From: an uncultured Bacteroidales bacterium | GTDB taxonomy: Bacteria; Bacteroidota; Bacteroidia; Bacteroidales; UBA10428 | DNA length: 50,316 bases | Reading direction: 5' to 3' | NCBI GenBank assembly: GCA_965602045.1 | Contig: CBFCXR010000001.1 | Location: 1-50,316, forward strand | Shown here: piece after piece, positions 9,060-19,347 of the stretch | Numbering within the stretch: position 1 is the first letter of the stretch | How the letters are laid out: every line of letters begins with the position of its first letter | Program-made: the position numbers and the translations under genes | Notes under the pieces: model-generated | The model's database searches: none | Seen by the model: only the letters and a program-made list of their open reading frames with translations | Told to the model about the DNA's origin: nothing

Positions 9060-10763
9060 ATGAATTATGGTGTACTTGATATATTAAGATTACTGGGCGC
9101 TCTGGGCTTATTTCTTTTTGGCATGAAACTTATGAGTGAATCCCTACAAAAAGTAGCCGGGGCAAAAATGAGGAATATCCTTTCTGCAATGACTTCAAAC
9201 AGGTTCATGGGTGTTTTTACAGGACTCATTATTACATCAATAATTCAATCTTCATCTGCTACTACTGTAATGGTTGTTAGTTTTGTTAATGCGGGATTAT
9301 TGTCACTGGCAGAATCTATTGGTGTAATTATGGGGGCAAACATTGGTACAACAGTAACTGCATGGCTGATTTCCATTCTTGGATTTAAAGTAGATATTTT
9401 TTCATTTACTTTTATATTAATAGGTTTAGGATTACCGGTTTTATTTTCAAAAGATAAAAGAAAAAGTTCCTGGGGGGAAATATTAATTGGATTCTCTTTG
9501 ATATTTATGGGATTACATTACTTAAAACTATTTACTCCTGATATTAATAACAATCCTGAATTATTAGAATATTTATCAAGGTACTCCCAATCCGGCAGCT
9601 TGTCAATATTTATTTTTTTGACTATCGGCGCATTTTTAACAATGATTATTCAATCATCAAGTGCTGTTATGGCACTTACACTGGTTATGTGTTATAACGG
9701 CTGGATTTCATTTGATATGGCTGCAGCGATGGTTCTGGGACAAAATATAGGAACAACTATAACGGCAAATTTGGCTGCCATAGTTGCTAATACTTCAGGG
9801 AAACGTGCCGCAAGGGCTCACTTTATTTTTAATATAGTAGGAGTAATCATTGTTTTATTTGTATTTAATCCTTTTTTAAAATTAATTAATTGGTTTATTA
9901 TTGAAGTAGGCCTAAATTCTCCTTATTCTTCTGCTGTCCAAACGGCTGATCAAGCAGCCCGGGCTATACCAATTGCATTGTCAATTTTCCATACTGTATT
10001 TAATATACTTAATACTGTGGTTTTAATATGGTTTGCTTCGTTTATAATGAAGATTACAATGATTATGGTACCTGATCGTGATGAAGATGAAGAATTCAGC
10101 CTTAAATATATTAATACGGGATTGCTTTCAACAGGAGAGTTATCAATACTGCAGGCCAAAAAAGAAATAGTGCTTTATGCACGGCGCGCTACAAAAATGT
10201 TCGAGTTTGCCAAAGAATCATATATAGCAAAATCAGGTAAGAAATACAATAAGTATATAGGAAAAATCAGGAAATATGAAGACATATCCGATAGAATGGA
10301 AGTTGAGATAGCATCATATTTGACAAGAATATCAGAAGAATCTGTCAGTTCTTCCGGTTCTGAAAAAATAGCAAATATGCTTAATCTTATAAGTAATATT
10401 GAAAGCATAGCTGATTCAAGTAATAAACTGGCTGATACAATTGAAAGGATGACTTCACGCAAAGTTGAATTTACAAAAGATATGGACAAGAACGTAAATA
10501 AACTGTTTTTGCTCGCTGATAGAATTTTAGCGGAAATGAATGAAGGATTACGAAAGGAAGAGACTTCAATATTATCCAGGAATTATATAATGCTCAGAAA
10601 AGAGCTTCAGAATATTGAAGAAAATATGCAGGAAGATCACTTTAAAAATTTGAGAAAGGGAAAATATAAATGTGCTGTTGGAATAATATATTCTGATATT
10701 TATAGCGAAATCATAAATCTGGGAAATTACGCCTTAAACGCAACTGAATTGTTTATTCAATAA
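9060..10763 (+). CDS. Na+/phosphate cotransporter family protein (NptA/YjbB type) with C-terminal PhoU-like domain
   Basis: 567 aa with the duplicated QSSSAT/QSSSAV re-entrant motifs of Na/Pi-II-related carriers, then a hydrophilic helical tail of about 200 aa. Confidence 0.88.
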   Translation: MNYGVLDILRLLGALGLFLFGMKLMSESLQKVAGAKMRNILSAMTSNRFMGVFTGLIITSIIQSSSATTVMVVSFVNAGLLSLAESIGVIMGANIGTTVTAWLISILGFKVDIFSFTFILIGLGLPVLFSKDKRKSSWGEILIGFSLIFMGLHYLKLFTPDINNNPELLEYLSRYSQSGSLSIFIFLTIGAFLTMIIQSSSAVMALTLVMCYNGWISFDMAAAMVLGQNIGTTITANLAAIVANTSGKRAARAHFIFNIVGVIIVLFVFNPFLKLINWFIIEVGLNSPYSSAVQTADQAARAIPIALSIFHTVFNILNTVVLIWFASFIMKITMIMVPDRDEDEEFSLKYINTGLLSTGELSILQAKKEIVLYARRATKMFEFAKESYIAKSGKKYNKYIGKIRKYEDISDRMEVEIASYLTRISEESVSSSGSEKIANMLNLISNIESIADSSNKLADTIERMTSRKVEFTKDMDKNVNKLFLLADRILAEMNEGLRKEETSILSRNYIMLRKELQNIEENMQEDHFKNLRKGKYKCAVGIIYSDIYSEIINLGNYALNATELFIQ

Positions 10764-10945
10764 CTTTAAAGCATTTATAAACCATTTGTTTAATAACTTA
10801 TTCCACTTGCTTCCCGGTGTTCCTTATAATTGGTTATTATGGTATTTCAGCAGCTTAATTTTATTAAGTTAAAGATTTGAAAAAACTAAAATTATTGTAA
10901 CTTTATGTAATAATCATAATATTCATCTGAAAATTAGAGACATTC

Positions 10946-11716
10946 ATGGAAAAGAAAATACTATTAATTGTTTTAGCTTGTTGTTATTTTCAACTTGGTT
11001 TTAACCAGGAAATTGATAAGCTTGTAAAGGACTTTAAGTCAAGTGATTGGACAGTAGTTGTTGTAGCCAAAAAGAATCTGGAAAATTTCGAAGCTAAAGC
11101 CTTGCCTGAATTAATTAATTTATTAAATGATAATTCAGTTATAAAACTGGAAAATATAGGTGATCTTATTTATCCGGGTGCCGAAAAGTTTTTTGGTCAT
11201 GGACAAATAATTAACTATCACATAGATAAGATTTCAATTCGTGCAGGATGGCTAATTGAGGAGCTGACTTTTCAAAATTTCGGATTTAGCGGAATACATA
11301 TACAGGAAAGCAAGCTAATTGATTATATTAAGTTCAGTTTTCCTGAATATTATAATAATTCAAGTAACAGACAAAAACTTGAAAATAGCTCAACTCTTGA
11401 AAAACGCGATTTAATTATGAAGTTGAGTTACGACAAAGTTATTAACTGGTGGAAAAAAGAATCGGGTAACTGGAATAGATTTAATGCAATTATGGATGCA
11501 CTTAATAGCACTGATGAAAAAAGACAGGTTAAAGCCTTGTTTTATATAAGAAATGGTACTACAAAATGTACCGGACTTACAAAAGACAAATATGAATCAG
11601 AAATCAGGGACAAAATTAATGAATTATCAAAAGTTAAGTTGAAAAGGGTATCTGAGCATGCAAAACTGATATTGCTTGATAAGAATTATGAATGGTTAAG
11701 TATAAAACAGGATTAA
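10946..11716 (+). CDS. Secreted hypothetical protein (possible HEAT/armadillo-like helical repeats)
   Basis: 256 aa, N-terminal signal peptide (ILLIVLACCYFQLGFNQE), ALPELINLLNDNS-type helix. No family recognised. Confidence 0.55.
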   Translation: MEKKILLIVLACCYFQLGFNQEIDKLVKDFKSSDWTVVVVAKKNLENFEAKALPELINLLNDNSVIKLENIGDLIYPGAEKFFGHGQIINYHIDKISIRAGWLIEELTFQNFGFSGIHIQESKLIDYIKFSFPEYYNNSSNRQKLENSSTLEKRDLIMKLSYDKVINWWKKESGNWNRFNAIMDALNSTDEKRQVKALFYIRNGTTKCTGLTKDKYESEIRDKINELSKVKLKRVSEHAKLILLDKNYEWLSIKQD

Positions 11717-11785
11717 TGGATTGCATATCGATATATTCAGGATATAATATTTGTTTTATATTATTTGGTAAAAAATATACTAAAA

Positions 11786-12181
11786 ATGAAAAGGTTTAAA
11801 TCATTATTAATTCTGGCTGTATTCATTTTTCTATATTGTATTAATGCTAAAGCGCAAACGGGGATATTTATCAAGATGATAGAATTTAAACTGGATCAGA
11901 TAAGTGATATCGATTATGAAAATGAATATTTCATGACAATTAAGTTTAATAAAGGATCGACATATGAATTCAAAATAACAAATCATCTCGATGCCTATGC
12001 AGGAGAGGCAATTTTTAAACTACTGGATGCTGATAAGCTTGTTTTAACAAATTTAATGGGAGAAAAATATTATGAATTATTTAGTTTTGCTTGTAATAAG
12101 ACGGGATTCTATGATATATTAATTAGGTTTAAAGATAACAAAACAGGTAATACGGCTGTTGTGATAAAACTTGTTAAATAA
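11786..12181 (+). CDS. Secreted hypothetical protein
   Basis: The ORF opens with TTG at 11765; the ATG at 11786 gives a clean signal peptide MKRFKSLLILAVFIFLYCINAKAQ. Confidence 0.55.
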   Translation: MKRFKSLLILAVFIFLYCINAKAQTGIFIKMIEFKLDQISDIDYENEYFMTIKFNKGSTYEFKITNHLDAYAGEAIFKLLDADKLVLTNLMGEKYYELFSFACNKTGFYDILIRFKDNKTGNTAVVIKLVK

Positions 12182-12188
12182 GAAAATA

Positions 12189-12602
12189 TTAATATTTAAG
12201 TCTGGCATCCATATCTCCTCCCTCAATAATCCAGCATTCTTTATCACAGGCAGACCTTACATGTTTAATTTCTAATTTTGTACCATCTATTGCTATGATT
12301 TTGGTTGTACCTGCAATGTATTCTACTGCAATAGAGTATTTTTTATTTACGGGCACATACAGGTAATAGGGACTTCCGTATGCCGTATCAACATATTCTA
12401 TATCATTATTCTCGACTTCATTTCTGTATACTGTCAAAGGAATTGTATCATAAATACTATTAAATGTAAGTTTCACAAATAAATCTGCGCTATCGGGTTT
12501 TATCTGGTAACATTCTTCACAATTTATACCATCTGTAAAGATTTTTTCCTCACACGAAAACATTAAGGGTAAGACAAAAAGAATAATAATAAACCTGTTC
12601 AT
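12189..12602 (-). CDS. Hypothetical lipoprotein
   Basis: 137 aa, lipobox-like LMFSC followed by an acidic EEK, Cys-rich and beta-rich. Confidence 0.55.
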   Translation of the reverse strand: MNRFIIILFVLPLMFSCEEKIFTDGINCEECYQIKPDSADLFVKLTFNSIYDTIPLTVYRNEVENNDIEYVDTAYGSPYYLYVPVNKKYSIAVEYIAGTTKIIAIDGTKLEIKHVRSACDKECWIIEGGDMDARLKY

Positions 12603-12620
12603 TATTGATTATTTTCAGTT

Positions 12621-14045
12621 TTAAAATTCATCTGTTTTCTTCGGGAAATAATTATTTTTCTTTCGGGTAATTCTATAAACGAATGATAAATTTAATCTGC
12701 CCGGATTAACTTTATAAAGATTAAAGTTAGAATACTCATAATTCACATTTATTGTGAAATAATTATTTTCCCAGAACACTCCCGATTTGGGAGCAAAAAT
12801 AAATTTGTTTGCAGGTTTTGATATTGATCCTCTATAGCTGCCAAAAGTATATAATTCTCTTGCTCCGACAGAAATCCCCAGGGCTGACTGATCCTTAAAT
12901 TTAATTATATTATACTTTTTATCTAAACTTAAGAAAAGCGCCATCCTTATTTCCCAATACTGATATGATAATGTTTCAGATACGTCTTCGAGAACCCTTT
13001 TTCTCCAGGGCCGGATAGTATAACCATAATTTAATACGGTATTATATTTTCTATCATGCAAACCCATATTTACTCCGGCCATAAAATCATTAAGATTGAA
13101 ATCTACGTTCATGCCAAAAGCATATTGACTGATACTTGGTAATAAATTTCTTTTGCCATTATTTTCCAATAAGAATCTTTTAATAGATTTGTTTTTATGT
13201 TTACATGCCAATGATACCGGATTTTCTGTTAGTGATATTTTTTCATTAACATTTGCTCCTTTTTCTGTTAATAATATAACCGATTCAAGGTCTTCCTGTT
13301 CAACTGCTATGGCAATCGGAGAATATCCCGAATGTGTTTTCGCATTTACACCAGCGCCATTATTAATCAGTAATTCCGCCAAATTTGAATAACCATTTTG
13401 TACAGCACAATGTAATGCCGATAAACCTTTGTTATCTGTTGAGTTAACATCAGTGCCGGCTTCAATTAGCCTGGCTCCTATATCATAATCACCATAGTAA
13501 GATGCTAACATAAGGGCATCTGTTCCGGATTTATTTTTTCTGTCTGCTTCTGCTTCATAATATAATAGCATATCCAATATAATAAAATGTCCGTAAGCCG
13601 AGGCATACATTAATGGTGTACTACCTGAGTTGTCAGTAATATTTATGTCTGCACCATTTCTGATTAGATATTCAGCAATGTAGAGATTGCCGGTTATAAC
13701 CGAATTAATTAGTACCGGTATTCCACTATTTGGTTTTTTATCCAAATCAGCCCCATTCAGTACTAATATTTTTATCATGTTGGTATCCTGGTTTTGCACT
13801 GCATACATTAAAGGAGTGACACCTTCCCAGGTTTTAAAATTAACATTGGCTCCTTTATTTAAAAGACGTATAACTTCCTGCGGATATCCTTTTTCGGTTG
13901 CCAGTAAGAGGTTATAGTCAATATTTCCTTTAATATAGTATGAAGTATCAATTTTGGCCGTATCAGTACTAATTGAATCCTGGGATAATCCATTTATTGA
14001 ATATGTAATTAACAGTAGTATCAGTAAATGCCTTTGGATTTTCAT
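12621..14045 (-). CDS. Signal-peptide ankyrin-repeat protein with a beta-rich (putative outer-membrane barrel) domain of about 170 aa at the C-terminus
   Basis: 474 aa with about 8 ANK repeats (TPLMYAVQNQDTNMIKILVLNGADLD, STPLMYASAYGH, LSALHCAVQNGYSNLAELLINNGAGVN...). The C-terminus shows alternating hydrophobic patterning (YTFGSYRG, FTINVNYEYSNFNLY, LNLSFVYRI). Confidence 0.8.
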   Translation of the reverse strand: MKIQRHLLILLLITYSINGLSQDSISTDTAKIDTSYYIKGNIDYNLLLATEKGYPQEVIRLLNKGANVNFKTWEGVTPLMYAVQNQDTNMIKILVLNGADLDKKPNSGIPVLINSVITGNLYIAEYLIRNGADINITDNSGSTPLMYASAYGHFIILDMLLYYEAEADRKNKSGTDALMLASYYGDYDIGARLIEAGTDVNSTDNKGLSALHCAVQNGYSNLAELLINNGAGVNAKTHSGYSPIAIAVEQEDLESVILLTEKGANVNEKISLTENPVSLACKHKNKSIKRFLLENNGKRNLLPSISQYAFGMNVDFNLNDFMAGVNMGLHDRKYNTVLNYGYTIRPWRKRVLEDVSETLSYQYWEIRMALFLSLDKKYNIIKFKDQSALGISVGARELYTFGSYRGSISKPANKFIFAPKSGVFWENNYFTINVNYEYSNFNLYKVNPGRLNLSFVYRITRKKNNYFPKKTDEF

Positions 14046-14209
14046 GTAATATTTATATTGCTGATAAATGCTAAATATACATTATTAATATTAACTCGGA
14101 CTAATAACAAACTCTATTTAATTGTAATTTAATCGAAGCACAAATATTATACCATTTATCTGAGCACTCGTTAATCAGGATGTTTAAGATCAGGCAACAA
14201 AGCTTTTTG

Positions 14210-14233
14210 ACCGGATTGTAGATTCAGTCCGGT
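14210..14233 (-). terminator. Stem-loop 4 nt downstream of the PiT gene stop (weak terminator candidate)
   Basis: accgga-ttgtagattcag-tccggt, a 6-bp GC-rich stem. No U-tract on the minus strand. Confidence 0.3.
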
Positions 14234-14237
14234 TGAT

Positions 14238-16520
14238 TTATGGTAATCTTGATTTTATTGGGATATTTAACTTATTATATTCATTAAAGTCTCTGGATGC
14301 CTTTAGTAAATTTATTGTATAAGAGATCAGGTTTTTACTTTCTGCGAGTAAATCCAGATATAAAATACTGATACGGGTATTTGAATCTTCCTTTTTGATC
14401 AGCTTTATCTGATTTTTACGAAGCTTTACAATTGTATCTGTTAAATTCCTGGATATTGAAACTATCTTATTAACATTTTCAAATGAATTGCCGGAGATAA
14501 TTTTTGTTACTTCTTCAAGGAAATTATTGACTTTTTTCCTAAAGCTGCTCAAATCTTTTATCTGCGAGTCTTTCAAAGGCGCATGATTATTATCAACATG
14601 ATCAAAGACCGGCTTAGCCATTGATAAGATGCTTTGCGTAATATTTCTGAGATTATCCAAAACCACCAAATAATGATGTCCGCTTTCAATGGATTCTGCT
14701 TCTTCGAGTTTTCGAATTGTAATTTGTATATTTCTTTTTAGAGATTTAATCTCTTTATCCAGTTTACCTGCATCCTTACCTGACTTCTTAAGTTTTTTAC
14801 GTTTTTCACCTGCCAAACCATTTATAATGATTTTATATAAATCTGATACTGCAGTTAAAGTAGATATAATCTTTGAGTTACATTTTTCATAAACTGTTTT
14901 TCCATCAACAATTAAACTATCGGTTAAAACAGCTTCATCTTTTTCCTCTTTTTTTATTCTTTTCCTATGTAAAATATGTGTCTTATAAAGGAAGAATATT
15001 ACTATAACAATAAGTATTGGGATAGCGATTACTTTTGCCCAGGAGATAAACAATGCAACCAGGAAGGCTACAGTAAATGCACTCAGTGCAGTAAAAAACC
15101 AACCGCCTATAACCGTTAGAACTCCGGTAATTCTATATACTGCACTTTCCCTGTCCCACGCCCTGTCAGCCAGGGATGTACCCATCGCAACCATAAATGT
15201 TACGTATGTTGTGGATAGAGGGAGCTTTAGTGAGGTAGCAAATGAAATAATTATGCTTGCTACAACCAGATTTACGGATGCTCTTATTAAGTCAAAGGAA
15301 ATAGTCTTGTCTCTTTTTACTGTTTTTCTAAAGTATTTATCATTAAATCGTCTGTTAACGGCTTTTGTAATTGATTTTGGTATTATTATTTTAAAAAAAT
15401 TACCTGCCTGGATTGATTGCCTCACCAGAGTACGGGCCAGCATAGATGACTCGAATCTTTCAAATACCTGGTCCTGGTCACTTAGTCTTAATTCGGTCTT
15501 AACCACCGATTTAGCTTTTTTGGAGAGCCAGAGGGTAATAACCATAACCAGTCCGGCAATGAGAAGGAACATAGTAGGGGTTTTAACCTTACCCTGAAGA
15601 GCATCCATAAGAAATGAGTCGGGCCCAACTACGTCCTGGGCAATAAAGTTTTTAAAAGACTCAAATCCTGCTAAAGGTACTCCGATGAAATTAACAAGGT
15701 CATTGCCTGCAAATGCCATTGCCAGGGCAAAAGTGCCAACCAGTACTATTAATTTAAGAATATTGAGTTTGAATATCCATATCAGTAATTGCATTAAAAC
15801 TGTCCAGCCGCCAAAACTAATTATCAGTATCGTATATGTATTTTCTTTAATCCATGCTAACTTCTCAGGGGTAACAAATGAAGAGCCTTTAGCTCCTTTA
15901 ATTAGTATAAAATAGGTAATTGCGGTAATTGCAAAACCTCCCCATATTGCTCCAAAATATTTTAGAGTTTTAATATATTTGAATGAAAAGATTAATCTGG
16001 TAACATATTGTACAATTGCTCCCAGACTAAAAGCAACAATAACTGATAATAGTATTCCGGAAATAATGAGCAAAGCCCTGCCCGAATTAATATAATTTCC
16101 CAGTTTGTAAATTCCTTCAGGAGAATTACTGATTTTTAACAATGAAATAGCAACGGCAGCACCCAGCAATTCGAATACTATAGAAACGGTTGTAGAGGTT
16201 GGCATTCCGAAGGTATTATAAAAATCAAGGAGAATAATATCAGTAATCATTACTGCAAGAAAAATGATCATTATTTCAGCAAAATAAAACTGCCCCGGAT
16301 GAAAAATGCCTTTTCTTGCAACCTCCATCATGCCGCTTGAGAAAGTAGCACCTACCAAAATTCCCAATGCAGCAATTGTCATAATAACTTTAAATGGAGC
16401 AGCTTTTGAGCCAATAGCTGAATTCAGGAAATTTACCGCGTCATTACTAACGCCAATAATTAAATCAGATATAGCAAGAGCAAATAATATAACTACAACT
16501 ATTAAGTAGAAAGTCGGCAT
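14238..16520 (-). CDS. Inorganic phosphate transporter, PiT (PHO4) family, with long C-terminal PhoU-like or coiled-coil cytoplasmic domain
   Basis: 760 aa with duplicated PiT signature (GVSNDAVNF near the N-terminus, AGNDLVNFIGVPL mid-protein). The last 250 aa or so are hydrophilic and helical. Confidence 0.88.
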   Translation of the reverse strand: MPTFYLIVVVILFALAISDLIIGVSNDAVNFLNSAIGSKAAPFKVIMTIAALGILVGATFSSGMMEVARKGIFHPGQFYFAEIMIIFLAVMITDIILLDFYNTFGMPTSTTVSIVFELLGAAVAISLLKISNSPEGIYKLGNYINSGRALLIISGILLSVIVAFSLGAIVQYVTRLIFSFKYIKTLKYFGAIWGGFAITAITYFILIKGAKGSSFVTPEKLAWIKENTYTILIISFGGWTVLMQLLIWIFKLNILKLIVLVGTFALAMAFAGNDLVNFIGVPLAGFESFKNFIAQDVVGPDSFLMDALQGKVKTPTMFLLIAGLVMVITLWLSKKAKSVVKTELRLSDQDQVFERFESSMLARTLVRQSIQAGNFFKIIIPKSITKAVNRRFNDKYFRKTVKRDKTISFDLIRASVNLVVASIIISFATSLKLPLSTTYVTFMVAMGTSLADRAWDRESAVYRITGVLTVIGGWFFTALSAFTVAFLVALFISWAKVIAIPILIVIVIFFLYKTHILHRKRIKKEEKDEAVLTDSLIVDGKTVYEKCNSKIISTLTAVSDLYKIIINGLAGEKRKKLKKSGKDAGKLDKEIKSLKRNIQITIRKLEEAESIESGHHYLVVLDNLRNITQSILSMAKPVFDHVDNNHAPLKDSQIKDLSSFRKKVNNFLEEVTKIISGNSFENVNKIVSISRNLTDTIVKLRKNQIKLIKKEDSNTRISILYLDLLAESKNLISYTINLLKASRDFNEYNKLNIPIKSRLP

Positions 16521-16652
16521 AAATCAAAAAATTTCAATTTTTACGTTGAATTAATTATTGCAATAATAATAAAAAGTTTACAAAATTCAGGTTTTTACTA
16601 AATTCGTGTTTAAAATAACAATTTAAATAATTTATGCTAATAAATAGAAAAA

Positions 16653-17357
16653 ATGAAAGGTAAATTATATTTGATCCCGTCAACTTTAGGTAATGATTCG
16701 GCGATAAAGGTTATTCCAAAAGGTGTAATTGAAATTGTTAACACAATAAATTATTTTATTGTCGAGAATGTAAGAACCGCAAGGAGATTTCTTTTAAGTA
16801 TTGGAATAGAAACACCTGTTGACGATTTAACATTTTTCACATTAAATGTAAATACCAGGCCTGAAGAAATATACAGTTACCTTGATCCTGTTTTAAAATC
16901 AAATATTGGAATATTATCTGAAGCAGGTGTCCCCTGCGTTGCTGATCCCGGAGCGGAAGTAGTAAAATTAGCACATTTGAAAAATATTGAAATTATACCA
17001 CTTGTTGGCCCATCGTCAATATTAATGGCTTTAATGGCTTCCGGAATGAATGGTCAGAATTTTTCGTTCGTTGGCTACTTACCTATTCGTAGTTCAGACA
17101 GGATTAAAAGAATAAAGCAACTTGAGAAACGATCATACCAGGAGAATCAATCGCAGATATTTATTGAGACACCTTACCGCAACAATCAGATTTTTAAAGA
17201 TATCATCAATTCCTGCAGTCATGGTACATCTCTCTGTATTGCTACCAATATAACATTACCAGGTGAAAGTATAAGGACTTTAACTATTAATGACTGGAAA
17301 AAACAGCATCCGGAAATTAACAAAAAACCGACGGTGTTTATATTAAAAAGGGACTAA
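16653..17357 (+). CDS. SAM-dependent methyltransferase, tetrapyrrole-methylase fold (RsmI-like)
   Basis: 234 aa; LYLIPSTLGN, ENVRTARRFL, EAGVPCVADPG and VGPSSILMAL motifs resemble RsmI-family enzymes. Confidence 0.75.
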   Translation: MKGKLYLIPSTLGNDSAIKVIPKGVIEIVNTINYFIVENVRTARRFLLSIGIETPVDDLTFFTLNVNTRPEEIYSYLDPVLKSNIGILSEAGVPCVADPGAEVVKLAHLKNIEIIPLVGPSSILMALMASGMNGQNFSFVGYLPIRSSDRIKRIKQLEKRSYQENQSQIFIETPYRNNQIFKDIINSCSHGTSLCIATNITLPGESIRTLTINDWKKQHPEINKKPTVFILKRD

Positions 17358-17391
17358 GCCTGGTAATGAATTGCTGAGTTTGATTTAAAAG

Positions 17392-18363
17392 TTATTGCCT
17401 GATAATATTTTCAATTTCTATATCATATACCAGGGAAGTGTAATCCGGCACTATTATATAATCATAATAGGGGTGTCTGTAGCCGCCTTCTTCATAGCCC
17501 TGTTCATAAGGCACTAATACTTTTGCTTTTGTTCCCATCCCCATAGTATCTATTGCAGCAAGGAAGCCTTTAGTGAAAGGTAAATAGTTATCAGGGGCAG
17601 TGGCTGTTGCAGAATACTTGAATATAAGTGGAATAGTGTCAGCTATATTAGATTCAAACAATATTAAGGTATCTTCCAAAAGATAGTAACTTTCAAAGCG
17701 GATATGCACAGTATCTTCAGGTTCAATTGTTAAGCTATCTGAAAAATCAGCCGGTTCCAGTTTTTCAAAATAGATATCATTATTTAATACAGCATTATTC
17801 AGATTTTCACTAACATAAGAACTTACCAGCAATGAATCAAATAATATAGGATTTTCAATTACTTTTAATAATTCGGTATCATATATTACAGTTTTATATT
17901 CATTTTGCCAGTATCCCAGCTCCGAAGGAATTATTAATATTGACCTACCCCCTTCCTGCATCTTTTTCAAACCTATTATAAATCCTGGTATACTACTTTC
18001 CAAATATATTTTTTTGGGCCCAAAGACATAATGATCATAGTAATCACAATAAGCCCAGTCATCAGCAAGATTAGCATCAGTTGTTTCTATAATAGTATTA
18101 TCCGTTTTGGTGCCTGTAAAGTTTATAAGTACATAATCATTTTCAGATGGCGAAATTCCGGTTCCTCCATTAACTACTGCATAATAAATACCATCTTCTG
18201 CTATCACAGTATAGCCATCATTTTCTAAAGATTTGATATAGGCATCCCTGTTTACTTTTTCCTGTTCTTTTTCATCTGCCCATTCATCTTTTAAACAGCT
18301 GCCCATTAAAAAGCTGATGATTGTTGTTAACGCAATTATTGTATTGTATCCTGTTTTTTTCAT
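17392..18363 (-). CDS. Lipoprotein with two degenerate FKBP-like domains
   Basis: 323 aa, lipobox FLMGSC. Two segments end in FKBP-like strands (ILIIPSELGY...VIYDTELLKV; AKVLVPYEQGY...LVYDIEIENI). Confidence 0.5.
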   Translation of the reverse strand: MKKTGYNTIIALTTIISFLMGSCLKDEWADEKEQEKVNRDAYIKSLENDGYTVIAEDGIYYAVVNGGTGISPSENDYVLINFTGTKTDNTIIETTDANLADDWAYCDYYDHYVFGPKKIYLESSIPGFIIGLKKMQEGGRSILIIPSELGYWQNEYKTVIYDTELLKVIENPILFDSLLVSSYVSENLNNAVLNNDIYFEKLEPADFSDSLTIEPEDTVHIRFESYYLLEDTLILFESNIADTIPLIFKYSATATAPDNYLPFTKGFLAAIDTMGMGTKAKVLVPYEQGYEEGGYRHPYYDYIIVPDYTSLVYDIEIENIIRQ

Positions 18364-18434
18364 CTTAAGATCTTATTAGTAATTGTAATATTATTAGATG
18401 ATTAATAACGAAAAAGGTTGCTTAAATGTTTTTG

Positions 18435-19301
18435 CTAATTTACTTTTAAAATTTCAACTTCAAAAATTAAAGATGTAAACGGAGGAATAATTCCGGTTGA
18501 TGAGCCTTCATTACCAAAGGCTAATTCCGATGGAAGAATGATCAACGATTTTTCTCCTTCACTCATCATTCCCAGTGCCTCCTCAAGGCCTTTAACAACT
18601 TGCCATTCAGTGCCATATATGAATTGAAAAGGCTGGTTCCGTTTCACTGTCGAATCAAAGAATTTACCGTTTAAAAATTTTCCTTCATAGTTAATAGTAA
18701 TAGTATCACCGGGTTCAATTCTTTTCCCTTCACCTTTGAGAAGGTTAATAAAAAATATCCCTGAAGACACAGGTTTTTCAGGCAGTTCTTTTTCTTCAAG
18801 AAATTGTTTCAGGATTATTTTTTCATAATCACCAAAATCCTGGATCCAATGTAAAAAGGCTTCTTTTTCTTTTCTGTATGCTTTTTCTGTTTGAATTTCA
18901 ACTATTTCAATAGTAACCTTCATTTTACTATATTCATTGATGAATTTTGGCAAATTTGTCTGAAGGGTTTTCTTAAAAAAGTCATCGGCAGAAATAATAA
19001 AGGTTGCGTTTTCTTTTTCTGCAAGCATCATGAAGCATTCGTCAATCGCACCTTTAAAGTCAGGTTTTGAAATCTGAAATTTCCTTCTACCCATGAAAAA
19101 TACAGAATCACCGAGTGTTTTATAAATCAGGTCTACAGTAACAAAATCACCGGTCCTGGGTTTCCTGGTGTCTTCACCTATCTTGTGCAATTGATAATAA
19201 ATACCATGCCTGGCATATTTAAAACCTGAATATTCATGGTGATTATTACACTGAGCTAGTAAAAATAATAAAGAGCTAATTAATATAAGACGTTGTTTCA
19301 T
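18435..19301 (-). CDS. FKBP-type peptidyl-prolyl cis-trans isomerase
   Basis: 288 aa with signal peptide and a C-terminal canonical FKBP domain (GDTITINYEGKFLNGKFFDST...LIILPSELAFG...LIFEVEILKV). Confidence 0.88.
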   Translation of the reverse strand: MKQRLILISSLLFLLAQCNNHHEYSGFKYARHGIYYQLHKIGEDTRKPRTGDFVTVDLIYKTLGDSVFFMGRRKFQISKPDFKGAIDECFMMLAEKENATFIISADDFFKKTLQTNLPKFINEYSKMKVTIEIVEIQTEKAYRKEKEAFLHWIQDFGDYEKIILKQFLEEKELPEKPVSSGIFFINLLKGEGKRIEPGDTITINYEGKFLNGKFFDSTVKRNQPFQFIYGTEWQVVKGLEEALGMMSEGEKSLIILPSELAFGNEGSSTGIIPPFTSLIFEVEILKVN

Positions 19302-19347
19302 CAGTTAATAATTTTCATGTTCATTTCATAAAAATAGTATATTTGTT

